Below, in pieces: positions 13,081 to 25,599 of a DNA stretch of 58,618 bases. The DNA is from Octopus bimaculoides. Lineage: Eukaryota. Position 1 is the stretch's first letter. Every line of letters begins with the position of its first letter. Made by a program: the position numbers and the translations under genes. Under the pieces are notes generated by a model. It ran no database searches. It was not told the origin of the DNA and was given only the letters and a program-made list of their open reading frames with translations. The stretch spans positions 23,052,667-23,111,284 of the forward strand of contig NC_068993.1 of NCBI RefSeq assembly GCF_001194135.2. Direction: 5' to 3'.

Positions 13081-13598
13081 AGGACTGATCAAAAGCATTG
13101 GAAATGTTGCCATAGTAACGGAGCTAAAGTACGCAGAGTGAAACCGCTTGGCACAGATTGGCCTGGATCAGAGTCGCATTCACATTAAGTTGTAACGCTT
13201 AATTTCGTTGTATATAACAGTTCTTGTGATCGTCTCGAAAAGAACGTCGCTTCTCAACTGTGCAAGTTCTTTATTGCGTCTATAAAAAACGAAAACCTTT
13301 TGGAAGCGGCCGTAATAGGTGACGAATCGTGGGTCAATGGTTATGGCCTCAAAACCAAGACAAAGATCAAATCGCTCGGGAAAAGAGAAAAAAAATAAAG
13401 ATATCGGGGAAATCCAAGAGCATATGATGAAGCAGCTGCTTGCTATTACACAAACGGAGTTCCAGGAATGTTTCCATCAATGGAATCGTTAGATAATGTA
13501 TGGCTTTAGAAGGAGGTTACTTCAATGAACAGTAAATGCCGAAATTATGTGTTTTTCTTTTTATAGAACAAATCTCAGTATTTTTTTATCAGATCTCG
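13081..13598 (+). mobile_element. Internally deleted mariner (DD34D-like) element
   Basis: AVIGDESWVNGYGLKTK (first catalytic D region) and FQECFHQWNR..LEGGYF C-terminus. Degenerate TIRs (GGACTGATCAAAAG / TTTTTTATCAGATCTCG) flanked by TA. Confidence 0.7.
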
Positions 13599-13603
13599 TA
13601 TAT

Positions 13604-13643
<40 letters not shown>

Positions 13644-14309
13644 ATACACACACACACACTCATGCACACACATGCATACATGCACCCTCCTTCCACACAC
13701 ACATACACGCATGCACACATGCATGCACACATGCACAGATATAAATTGCTAGTAAGGCCGCAGCATTTTGTTTTGCAACACAAACATACTCCCATGTATT
13801 TTAAAGGTTTACCAGCAAATATTGTGCCTTACATTTGTGCTAACGTAACATTTGTGCTATGCTTCGACATAATATGTTAGTTGTTTTCAGTTCTAATGTC
13901 ATCTCTATACATTTTCTAATGAATTCAAATGCGTTCATGTTAACAATACCATCGAAGATGGAAAAAAGTAGTAAGGGCTCTTGCATATATATCTATTACT
14001 TGCCAGCAAGTAATACTTAAGTACTAGTTGCCAGGAATGTGTTTAATACGTAAATTGGTATATCCAAAAATGTTACACTACTAAATATATTGGATGTTTA
14101 AGCAATACGTTCATAGATAGTTGGATGTCGTGTTGATAAATGAGTAAATGCATCTGCTACCTCTTTTTCTGTCTTCGATCGCACTTTTTACAGAGACGTA
14201 TTCCTATACGAAATTTAACTTTCAGTAATGTCACTGAATTTTATATAAAATATGTACATATAAACTTACACACACACACACGCACACACAGACACACGCA
14301 CACACAGAC

Positions 14310-14400
<91 letters not shown>

Positions 14401-15100
14401 AAGAGTGAAGGAGAGTATCGTTTGTTACATTTAATAGTTTAATAATTATTTTATGTGTTCCTAGGTAATTTGGAGAAGATAAAGGTGCCCTCTCGATTCT
14501 CTCACCGATGGCACAGTACACTGTCTAGATGTCTATGGTGTTGCATCTCGAATGAGGGTGGCGTTAACCTGTCGGTAGTGATTATAGTAGAGCAGATTTG
14601 ATGTTGATATGTCAGATTTCCCCACTGAGTGATTTCACATTAACTTTTGAAAACGTAAAATATTCGTGTAGAATAGTTGACAAGACACTAAAAATACATA
14701 GCCTTACTTCCTCAATTTCTCAAATTAGCTTCTAAGTTAGCAAAGTATTCGATTACAACCTACGAAAATAATTTTTCGTTGCCTAGATGGAGTTATCGAT
14801 CACGTTTAAGTCTGAACATATGTCGAGTCCTATAATTATTATGCTGAGGAATCATTTGATCTGCATTAATATAAGAGTAATTGCTCATGATTTGAGAGTG
14901 TCCTCATTTTCAATCTCAATGTTTATTGTTTGGTACAATTTTATATCAAATGCCTTAAATTCAATTCATGTTTAAACCTTCCAGTCAGATTCTTAGAATA
15001 AAGAAAAGGATGTGTTTGATTTCTAGCTTCAAAGTAGAAACATTGTAGAAATGGTGTGTGGTAAATAGATAATGTATCATTCATATATATNNNNNNNNNN

Positions 15101-16820
15101 TATTTCTATAGCTGATTTCCTTGCTTCAGCTGGAATATTGTCTACACCTCCCACTTTCCCATTCTTGAGTGATTGTATTGCCTTTCTTATTTCAAACTTG
15201 GACGGTGGGTCAAGGCTGATGTTATGATCCAAATTTCTTGGCACAATGTCGGCTGTTGTGTCTGGAGGGAGTCTATTGAGAAAATGCTCTTTCCATCGGT
15301 TGATTTGTTCTAGAATTGTTGTTAGCGTCCGGCCATCCTTCCCTTTTACTGCCTTTTCTACTCTTACTCTCTTCCCGGATAGTAATTTAGTTGTGTTGTA
15401 CAACTCTTTCATGTTCTGGCGCTGAGCTGCATTTTCTGCTGTCGTTGCTAAATTTTCGAAATATTTTCGCTTGTCTCTTCTTAATTGTTTTTTAACTTTC
15501 TCATTTTGTTGGTTGTAATTTCTCTGACATCTATTTATATCTACTTCTAAGCTTGCCGATAGTAATTTTTCCTTTAGCCTCTTTCTTACTTCTATGGCTG
15601 TTAGTGTCTCTTGTGATATCCACGCTTTATTCTTTTTGTTTACACACCCTACGCATGCTTCTAATAATGAAATAAAAGCATCCTTAATTTTCGATTAAGT
15701 ATGTTCTATTGTGTTGCCTTGCATCCTTTTTACTTGCATTGATTTGCATGATAATGCTTTTCTGTATTTTATTTGGGTGTCTTTGTGCTTTAGTAAACCA
15801 ACATTGTATTTTCGTTGAACCTTACATTCCTTTATATTAATTTTATTGATTTCGAAAAAGCATTCGATAGTGTAGATAGGGAAGGCTTATGGAGAATGAT
15901 GCAGCACTACGGCATACCAGACAAGTATATATCTATAATAAGAGCAACCTACTAAGGAATGTCATGCCGAGTCTTGCATGGAAACGGAGCTACGCATAAA
16001 TTCGAAGTAAAAACAGGAGTTCGACAGGGCTGTATACTTTTTATTTCTACTAGTTATAGATTGGATTATGAAGGAAACTACGTCAAAATTAGAAGCAATA
16101 GCTACCAAACTAGGATTGAATGTCAACCGAGACAAATCAAAAACTATGCGCGTTAATGAAGAAAACAGTGAAGGTATTAAACTGGAAACCAGTGAACAAG
16201 AGGATGTAGCCGAGTTTACGTATTTAGCTAGTAAGATAACGTTCTCAGGCGGCACCGACGAACATATTAAGACGAGAATAAGTAAGGCAAGGACCACTTT
16301 CCACCCGTTAAAAAAAGTATGGAGCGCAAGTGTAATTTCAATAAAGAACAAAATAAGAAATTTTAACACAAACGTAAAGGCGGTGTTATTGTATGGGGCT
16401 GAGACATGGCGAACAACAGTTAAGTCAAATAAGCAAATACAATCATTCATCAACAGGTACTTGCGTAGTATACTTAAAATCAGATGGCCCGAACACATAA
16501 GCAATATGGAGCCATGACAAAGAACGAATCAAGTATCGATTAGGGAGCAAATATTTAAGAAAAAGTGGAAGTGGATTGGTAGCACAATTAGAAAAGACAC
16601 ACCAAATGTAGCGAAAAGTGCTTTACAGTAGAATCCGGATGGATATAGAAAGAGGGGTAGACCTAAGAACTCGTGGCGTAGATCAACACAAACGGAACTA
16701 GAGAAAGGGGAACATTCATGGCAGAGTATAAGTAGAGAATTGAAAAATTATGCGACATGGAATTCAATTATATGTGGCCTATACTCCGCGTTGGAGGGTT
16801 AAAGGCAAGAAAGAAGATAT
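15101..16820 (+). mobile_element. RTE-clade LINE with inverted 5' segment (15101-15828 minus; 15829-16820 plus)
   Basis: Minus part encodes KAWISQET..RRDKRKY..MKELYNTTKLLSGK..PPSKFEIRKAIQSLKNGKVGGVDNIPAE. Plus part encodes LYINFIDFEKAFDSVDR..GVRQGC..FTYLASKI..LLYGAETW..KKWKWIG..RGRPKNSWRRS and ends in a short tail plus (TA)n. Confidence 0.92.
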
Positions 16821-17326
16821 ATATATATATATTTGTTAGAATACGTAAGGAATAGAAAAGGGGCAGGCTGTGGCATGCATTTCAGAGTGAGAAACTGAGT
16901 AGATTTTGTTTTTGTGGAGTTTAAGGAGAGAAACTATCCGTACATGAGTGGATATTTTATACGAACTTGCATAATAAAATAGTAAAGTGAATTTTAGAGG
17001 CTAATGGCTATTCTAAAAGTAAGTGTTATATATTGTTTCCGAAAATTACAGTGTCTTTACTATAAAATGTTGGGGACAACGGTGTGAGAAAGAGCCGTCT
17101 CATTTTTACAGAACATGAATCTTATATACGTATAACTAGAATTGCTTAACTGTCTTTTAGTTAACTACTGTTTAACACAAAATTGTCTGATTTTTGCATT
17201 GAACAGTTACCAGTGATAGAACTATTTGGTTTATATAAACGCATTCGATTGCTTCCAGTGAACTTTGTATATGTAACTTTTTCCCAGAAAACCCACTCAC
17301 ACAGAAGTAAGCAAACATAACTATTA

Positions 17327-17327
<1 letters not shown>

Positions 17328-17367
<40 letters not shown>

Positions 17368-17513
17368 CTATCTATCTCTATCTATCTCTATCTCGCTATG
17401 TGTGTGTGCGTGTGTGTGTGTGTGTATGAGTGTATGTGTGTATGTGTGCGTGTGTGCGTTTGTGTGTGTGTGTGTATGTGCGTGTGTGTGTGTGTGTGTA
17501 TGAGTGTGTGTGT
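17328..17513. repeat. Compound microsatellite (CT)n(CTAT)n(GT)n
   Basis: Read directly from the sequence. Confidence 0.95.
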
Positions 17514-18075
17514 GATGATTGATAAACTACAAAATACAGTAACTGAAAGTTTTCCAAATATTTATAATGCCGATGATAAAAGATAAAGGCTGTTTGTAGA
17601 AAAGAAACTGAAAGCAAATATTTTACAGAAAAAAAAAATCTTTATAAATGAAACAGTGAATTATTTCTGAAATTAAATATATATTCTGCTATGTTACTGC
17701 TTAATACAAAATTATATTTAAAGCAAAGAGGTTTCATAAAAAGACGTTTATTATTATAATTAATGGTTGTGTTTGATTTTTAACCAAACGTATATTGGCA
17801 AACTAGCGTCTAACGTATAAATCATTATTTAAGAATATTGAAAGCGAAAGGAAAATAAAGATATATCATAAAATGATATCTTTCGAACTAAAATAAAAAC
17901 ATTTTGTATTTTTTTTTTTTTTTGTAGTTTACTTATAATCGGTTTAGAAAATATCTTGTCAAATAATTCATTTTTAAAAATGTAATTATTTAAGGTAAAA
18001 ATGTTGCAAATATATGAAATTGGAAAAAATCGATACACAGATTCACGCACACACGCAAATACACATACACGTACG

Positions 18076-18113
<38 letters not shown>

Positions 18114-18788
18114 CGGGTTGTATATGTATACATACTTGAAAGAAAGCAAATAAATGAGATGAAAATCATGTAAATATATTTTTCACATGATTTCCAATGT
18201 GCCTTTTCAATTGAATATATTGTATCATTAGAAGCAGTATTAAATACTTTGGAAAAATGATTTGTGTTTGTTTACGCAATTTAGAAATCTGAAAACGCAG
18301 ATGAATTTGACATGTCAATGTATTCTTCATATGTCTGCCTACATATCCGATCTTGTTAATCTATATATATATGGGACTGATTAAAATTAACCTGGTAATT
18401 TAGTATCGCTGGTATAGAGACGAAAGATTATCTGCATCGCACAGTTCCATGATCAGACTACAGGCAAAATCAATTCCAACGACTCGCCACTTAGAATACT
18501 GTAAATACCAAATTAATGTTAAATTCTTAGACGTATCTCTGACTCTAGAGGTAGGGACTTACGTTTACACAAACCAAATTATTATAGAAACTAAATAACA
18601 TTAGGAGCCCTATCTCTGCCCCGTAGTATAACACTATACCACGCGATAGAACATTCAGTACAGCGCATGAACACAGTAACGACTCCAGGATAAGAGCAAA
18701 AAGATAATCCGGTGCACACAATCATTGTTTTATAATGTTAAGGCAAGAAGAGATATAATCTATTCTTAGAGCTAGATTAGAATTCTCA

Positions 18789-18951
18789 GGCGCAGGCATG
18801 GCTGTGTTGTAAGAAGCTTGTTTTCCAATCACATTCTTTTGGGCGCAGTCCCATTAGGTGGCAACTTGGGCAAGTGTTGTTTACTCTAGCCTCATGCCAA
18901 TCAAGGCTTTCTCAGTGGATTTGATTGAGGAAATCTGAAAGAAGCCCGTTG
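18789..18951 (+). mobile_element. CORE-type SINE (head half), followed by (TA)n(TG)n
   Basis: Aligns with the 9976 copy: GGCGCAGGCATGGCTGTG..CTTGGGCAAGTG..TGAAAGAAGCCCGT. Confidence 0.85.
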
Positions 18952-18954
18952 TAC

Positions 18955-19023
<69 letters not shown>

Positions 19024-21239
19024 CGTGTGCGTGTGTGCGTGTGTGTGTGTGTCTGTGTGTGTGAGAGTGAGTGTGAGTGTGTGCGTGTGTGTGAGTTTGT
19101 GTTAAATCGTCTAACACGTTCGCGCGTGCAAAATCTTTGTCCTGCCCAGTTCTCTTGATTGACCGTTGAAATCCAGTGCGACTCAACCTAGATTATAATC
19201 CATTCAGAGCCAATAAACATCCTACCTACCTAGCTACCTACCTACCTACCAACCTACCAGGCTGCTGAATTTTGCAAGTGCTATTACAACCATCTACCAG
19301 TTACCATTTTGCATTCTTTTACATGGCTTGTGTTTTAACTGTAACGCCTGCAATACTGTTCATATTATACTACATGGATTTTCTTTAAGAAAAAGTTAGA
19401 ACACATATGAAAGTTGTATACTAGGCATTCAAAAGCAAAACTTGTACTGCGCCTTATACATGATTTTCCCATGTATAGAACTCAGATACATAACTGGTAG
19501 TAAATGGCATTAACACACACAAGCACACTCATATGTTTAAATTATATCTTTGGTGAGTTAACTTGAGATTCCTTGAAGACACTGTAACCTTAATATATTT
19601 AAGATATCCTTGGCCTGATGAGTAACTTGTGGAGTACGCCTCATGGAATAATTATTAGAGCAGAGGTTCTGCTACCTAGGAAACATACGTAGCGTGGATT
19701 TTACCTACTCCACTCCCTCATTTTGGATTTGTTATTAGCATTCATAGCAACTCAAATTGCTAACCGTGAGCAATAAAACCTCTTTTTTTATCTTATCAAA
19801 CATCGATATGGGTAAAGCCTACAACCTTGGACACCAAAAATTATTATTGTTGCTAAACGTTGATCTTTATATTTACGACGGACTGCTCAAAGCTTACAAA
19901 CTTCATACACTTAGATCATTGGACCTTATAATTTACACACACCCATACACCCCCAAATCTCCCCCACACATGCACACACACACTCCTCTCTCTCTCTCTC
20001 TCTCACGCATATATGATTGATAGATTGCTAGATAGGTAGTTGTATGTATGTATGTATATATGTATGTATGTATGTACGTATGCATATGTGTGCTTGTGTA
20101 TGCATGTTTTCACACATATAAACCTCAAATTTATACAGAAAGACAAACTGATTGATCGAATGCATACATACACTCACACATGTATATGAATGATATCTAT
20201 CAGCATGACTTTTTGTGTGTATATGTTTGTGCTAATTTTGTGTTTATAAAAATCAATTCATCTATTCATTTCTTGACACGAAAGTCATAATTTGTCTGGT
20301 GTAAGTAATATCAAAAGTGAGTTACCATTCTCCAGTTTAGATGAATATATCACATTCAATCATTCAGAATTTCGTTAATACATTTTATATACTTAATTTG
20401 GAATTATAACACATGAATATTAAGAATACAGCAGCAGGATAAATTTGTCTGTTTTAATGAAATATTAAACAGTTCTGATATACAGTTGCACAGTTTATGT
20501 ATTTTAAAGGTGTACATTAACTTTCAATTAACTCCGAAACCTGTGTCAATGTTGCACAATCATTTTCTGGAAGTTTCGTATTTGCACGATATTTGATATT
20601 TATAATGATCTTCTGAATGAATTACATAATTGATAATCATTGGAAATTTTATAAATTTGCTACTACATTTCATATGGAAACATTATAAGCAAACTAGATC
20701 ACGTTGCGAAATATTGCAAGTTGTTCTTGTATTTGATGATTTAAAATAAGCTTTTCAATTGAAATTGCAACTTCTTCGAAGTTGCTTCAGTTCCAAGTTG
20801 AAATTATTTAAAAGCAATATCTTGAAACAGTGTACTAGATATTCTATGAACAAAGTGAATAAACGTGTCTAACAAACATGTATATATTTATTTCTGCTGC
20901 AGATATGCATACTATTAAACGTAAATAATGATAACTGTGTCTAATTTTGGCGCAATATTAATGAGAAAGTTTGTAAGAACGAAATATCGATACCACCTAC
21001 AGAAGTACTTGACTGCTATATCTTTTTGACACATGGAGTACGAAAATCATGATGTTTGTCATCAGGATTTGAATTCATAATATATAGGGACAGAATAACT
21101 AGCTTTTACAAGAATGAAATAAAAAGAATTTCTTTTTATAAGTGTGTAAAATTGAAATGTAAAATAGCACAGTGTTTTAAAAGTGACAGCTGACATTGAC
21201 GACAGAAATATAAGTTGTTGTTTATAGCTCTGTTGTTCT

Positions 21240-21650
21240 ATTTTTCTCAGTTTCTGGAGTTCATCTAGGCAGAGTGTCCACCAGGAATCGATATTGCTAG
21301 GAACATAGAATCTACGCTATACATTTTACGCTATTAGTCTCAAGACATTTCTTTCAGTACTTTTGATAAGACACAATTTCACGATATTTCTGTGAACCAG
21401 AAGTCATTTGATTTGTATGTTTATTGTTCATTGATGTTCTACCTGAACACTTGTCATTCCAAGAAATCTTTTTCGCAACTATATACTCGTACTGTGCCAC
21501 AAAGTTTACAACTATCGAATAGCCTACGTCGTTGCCAATATCTTGGGCTCTGACTCTCGTATTTTTTCGTATTGAGTATGCGTACATAGCAACTTGGTCG
21601 GCTTGTTCGTCGAACACTTTGATGGAAATACCAATGCATGAAATATAGTC
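21240..21650 (-). mobile_element. Very decayed R4/Dong-like LINE 3' fragment
   Basis: Broken motifs DQV..ILNTKKY..DSCKLCG and AISIPG resemble the zinc-knuckle/RLE region. Confidence 0.35.
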
Positions 21651-21929
21651 TTACATTTTAATTTTTCCTAGGTGTGTATTAGAAAATTTAATGCGATATA
21701 AAAATATCAAAGACAGATTAAATGTAAAAATATGTTAGAACACAAAATGCTGATAGAGACTCTTTGAACTTTCAATGGAAACAACCAAGAAAATACACAT
21801 GTAAAGCAACAATATGCTCTATGCTCCAGATTTATTGACAAGCAGAATAAAAATATATTACAATTGATCAACTAAAGTTAAAATTGAGCACGACATGATA
21901 CAATGAGTAGAGCAAAAGAAAATAATATC

Positions 21930-22720
21930 GATAATCGTACGACACTATAAAAACCTACCCAGGGACCATTTAGCATTTGGTCAATGATCTGAAGTTCGTC
22001 TACAAAATTCAACATGATTACATAATATAATAATAGCCAAACATTATCAAATCGCATGTTAGTGTCTTCAAACAGACACACTGGATGATGTGGTCCCTGG
22101 ATAAAGGGACATAAAAAGAAGTAGGATACGTACGTATGCAATAGCTTTGTTCATATGCTTGTTATAACGCCGAATAGTAGCAACAAACGAACAAACAACT
22201 CCATGCAATGGAGAATAAGTGTAACAGACTCATTGTGTTCCTAGAAGCCCACCACATGAATAGCAGTAGATTGAAAGCTCTATCTTATTTAGCAACATAA
22301 ATATCGAGCGGAACCCGATACTACATCTAAAGCCCTACATCCGTACCACTCCAAAATGGAAAGAATTTATATAACATAATATTGAAGGAAAATGAAGGAA
22401 AATCCTTAGCGAAATGGAAAACTGAGGCACACCTGAAAAAATGTAATTATAAATACATCAAAGGCAATTCAATGCTCAGTGGATCAGAAAGCAAGGAACT
22501 CAAGGATGCACGAAATGTATCCAACCAGAATTGTCAGACTTTCTGCTTTCGGATGTAAGCATATCTCCATGACCTATGGACACATGACAGCAGGAGACAA
22601 GAAACTGCTAAATGCATGCGAGCCAACACGTGAATGGATAATACAACATAAATAACTTCGAAGAAGCAGCATAAAAAAAACAAAATAGTATATTAGAAGT
22701 CTCCACCACCACCACCAAGT
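21930..22720 (+). mobile_element. Decayed R4/Dong-like RT C-terminus and zinc-knuckle region
   Basis: HLVNDLKF (YMDDLKL-like), MMWSLDKG (FGLDKC-like), HH..KLYL (HHPK..RLYL-like) and GHMTAGDKKL (HIVSGCKVL-like). Confidence 0.5.
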
Positions 22721-22779
22721 CATAGCATTATAACATGGAATTAATATGAACATCACTTATATCCACTCGCAGCTATAAG

Positions 22780-23290
22780 CCGGTTACCTAACTAAAGAAG
22801 AATAATATATCGCCAGACGAACGGAAATCTACTTGAAAGAGGAATATATTTGTATGGATCAGCTAGAGATAAACCGAAATATTATAGAAGACAGCAACAA
22901 GACGAAAACAATATTTAGCGAATCCCTGCTTCATTACTGGATTGATAGCTGCAAATTTGATACTGAATTTTCTATACTGTCTTTGGATGAAGGTATACTA
23001 CCGAAATGTCGGAACTCCACTTGTAACAAGGTGCATCGACTATGGCATGTCAAAATGGAAAACAATCGTATTAGAGAAGTGAAACAAGATATAATTACAA
23101 CCATTTCCATAATGACTAGATGAGACATGTTTGAGGGAGACTTATTACCTTCTTTAACTATGACTATTACATTATTATTAAATCTATTGAGTACATCACC
23201 AATCACGCTAATAAATCTAAGAACAAACACACTAGGATCTATTTCCTCTGTTTGAAGGACATACAATTTAACAAGAGTTAATAACATGTT
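22780..23290 (+). mobile_element. Decayed R4/Dong-like RT N-terminal half
   Basis: ORF 22833-23123 CMDQLEINRNIIED..YWIDSCKFD resembles CKDQLLIN..WIDYKKAFD; followed by DMFEGDLLPSL (GIFQGDSLSPL-like). Confidence 0.6.
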
Positions 23291-23718
23291 AAAAATCTAA
23301 TAATAATTATAATCAGCAATAAGATTAAGGACTCGTGTCACATTGATCTTTGGCGGAGTTCGGATTTGTTTTGCGCTTAAAGCAGAACTACCTCAGTGCA
23401 ATCAATTTCAATAAGCAGTGGATATTCAGATGTGAATATTCGTAAAAAAACATTACTTTTGTTAATATTATCTACAGTAAGTATAATATATTGATAATAA
23501 CAATTATAATATAGGTGGTTACATGTATGAACTAGCTATAAAATTAAAATTAGCACTAAGCAAAAGGACGCACTGGGCGTCTAAACTGTTTAGAAATAGG
23601 AGAAAAAAACCCCCATAAACCATCAAAAAGCACTGAAAATGTAACATAGAGTAACAGTATGCACGCGAACGGTTAAATAATTAGAAGCATACCATTGAAG
23701 ATTGTGTCATTCGGATAT

Positions 23719-23773
23719 TCGTGTACCATGGTTTCAAGTTTAAGCCCACGAGACTCAACTCTCTTCAGCACAA
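23719..23773 (-). ncRNA. Type I minimal hammerhead ribozyme motif
   Basis: Minus strand reads UUGUG-CUGAAGA-GAGUUGAGUC[UCGUG]GGCUUAAACUU-GAAAC-CAUG-GUA-CACGA. Stem I is 5 bp, stem II about 10 bp, stem III is the palindrome ACCAUGGU, and the triplet is GUA. Confidence 0.75.
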
Positions 23774-25599
23774 CTTACTGAGACGAAAACATTGAAAACA
23801 GGTCACGCTGATCTCTGGTGGCGTTAATCTTATAGCTATTTGATGTTATTTCATACCTGTAACTCTCTTTATTATTGTTGCTTTTATTATCAATATGTTA
23901 TATTTACCGCAGATAATATTAATAATATTTTTACGAATATTCACATCTGAATATTAACTCCTTATTAATAATAACTATAAATTCAGCTAAAATATAAAGA
24001 CAAGTATGCGATTAGACAAATGTATCATAGCTATTACAAAATAAGCAAATTAACTAAAAGTTAGAAAATTACTTTAGATGCAGTCAAAGAAATCACATAA
24101 TCTGATGAGATCCACTCATTTAAATAGTAAGTAGTGTAAACTGCTAAGCTACATCATACAGTAGTTAAGGGAAATATTATAACAGAATATTACAGAAAAT
24201 GATGACAAAAATAGAAGATACTTAGTAGTAGAATCAGTAGGTATCCCAAGTATAAAGCGTGACATCAAGGAACTAAACTGTAAAGAAACTGATGTATTAT
24301 CTTAAGCACAAACATAAAAAAGGAGAGCAAGGAACTAACAGTGTACTTCAAAGCTGATGTAATTAGACTGCAAAGGGAGACAGTGCAAATGAATATTATA
24401 ATTCTACAATAAAGTGAAAAAGAATAGAGTAAAAAATAAATACTTATAACAAAGAAAAGAATATTATTAGCCTGATAAACATACGCGAAGGAAACGAAAA
24501 TGTGTATGTTTATATAAGGAGATAATTAAGTATAAACCGGAAAGTAACAATACAGAAGAAAAAAGTATTTTTATATAAACAAAAGAGCTGAATAAGTTAA
24601 TGAAAACAAGAAGTAATCAAGACGTAGCTCCAAAATAAGTTGATGCAGATATATATAAATAAAAAAAAACAAAAACATCAAATATAATCGGGACCACAAA
24701 TAATATGATAGCGGAGAAAAGTGTGTGAAAGATGAATGACAACAAATGTGCATACGCTCTGGGCTAAAACCAAAAATGAAAGTCCGATTTAGTTGTAGAT
24801 TGAAAATGCTCGTTCAGAAATAATTACAAAGCGATATCAGAAAAAAAAATCAACTTAACATGAAGTGAAAATTATGCAATCGATACAATGAAATAGGATA
24901 ACTTACCGTATCATAACAGGTTGACTGACCTCTGCTAGACCGCGAATATAGTCGCAAAAATGATCTGTCTGACAGTTACACCCCCAGGGCAATACGTAGA
25001 AGCTTCAACACGGAAAGGGATGACGGTATATGAAACCAGCAGTATATGTCAACGATCTAACAGCAATCCTTAATACTATGACTGACAAAAGTTTAAATGT
25101 ATTACTGCTAAAACTCCGGATACAATATCTGAGGACAGAAACAATAACACCTCTTTTCTGATAAGTATATTGTCCATTTATGACATCAGAAATGTAGCAA
25201 AGGCGATGGAGAAAATGCCAAACTTCAGCTTAAAATGAGTATGAAATTGAAAATGCGAACAAAATTATAGGAAACACAAAGTATGTTTTGAAAACTATAT
25301 AAGCAATACCAAAGCTGACATTTTCGTACCCTATCCAAAGCATCGGCCTGTTAGGAACATGTAGCAACGTGTACTCTAGTAAATCACCACCAATCGATAT
25401 AGCACAACACAAAGCCTACACAATCATTGCTCAACACAATAAAGGAAGAAAACGATCTTCCATAATTTATGCCCAAAATTATAGAGATTACCAAGAAGGA
25501 CAATAACTTACATTTCGATAAAACCCTAACATTCCTGAACATGATAATGTAAGTTTAGTAATAATTGAATAGCTACAATAAATATGAGTTCACCTTAAA

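Noticed and set aside
15962-16504. 180-aa minus-strand ORF
   Set aside because: It is the antisense shadow of the RTE RT coding region.
21961-22098. Apparent minus-strand exon GPHHPVCLFED..MLNGPW with good AG/GT sites
   Set aside because: The plus strand gives R4-type RT motifs (HLVNDLKF, MMWSLDKG), so this is more simply the antisense of a decayed LINE.
22934-23287. 117-aa minus-strand ORF resembling a membrane protein exon
   Set aside because: It is antisense to the R4-like RT segment at 22833-23200.
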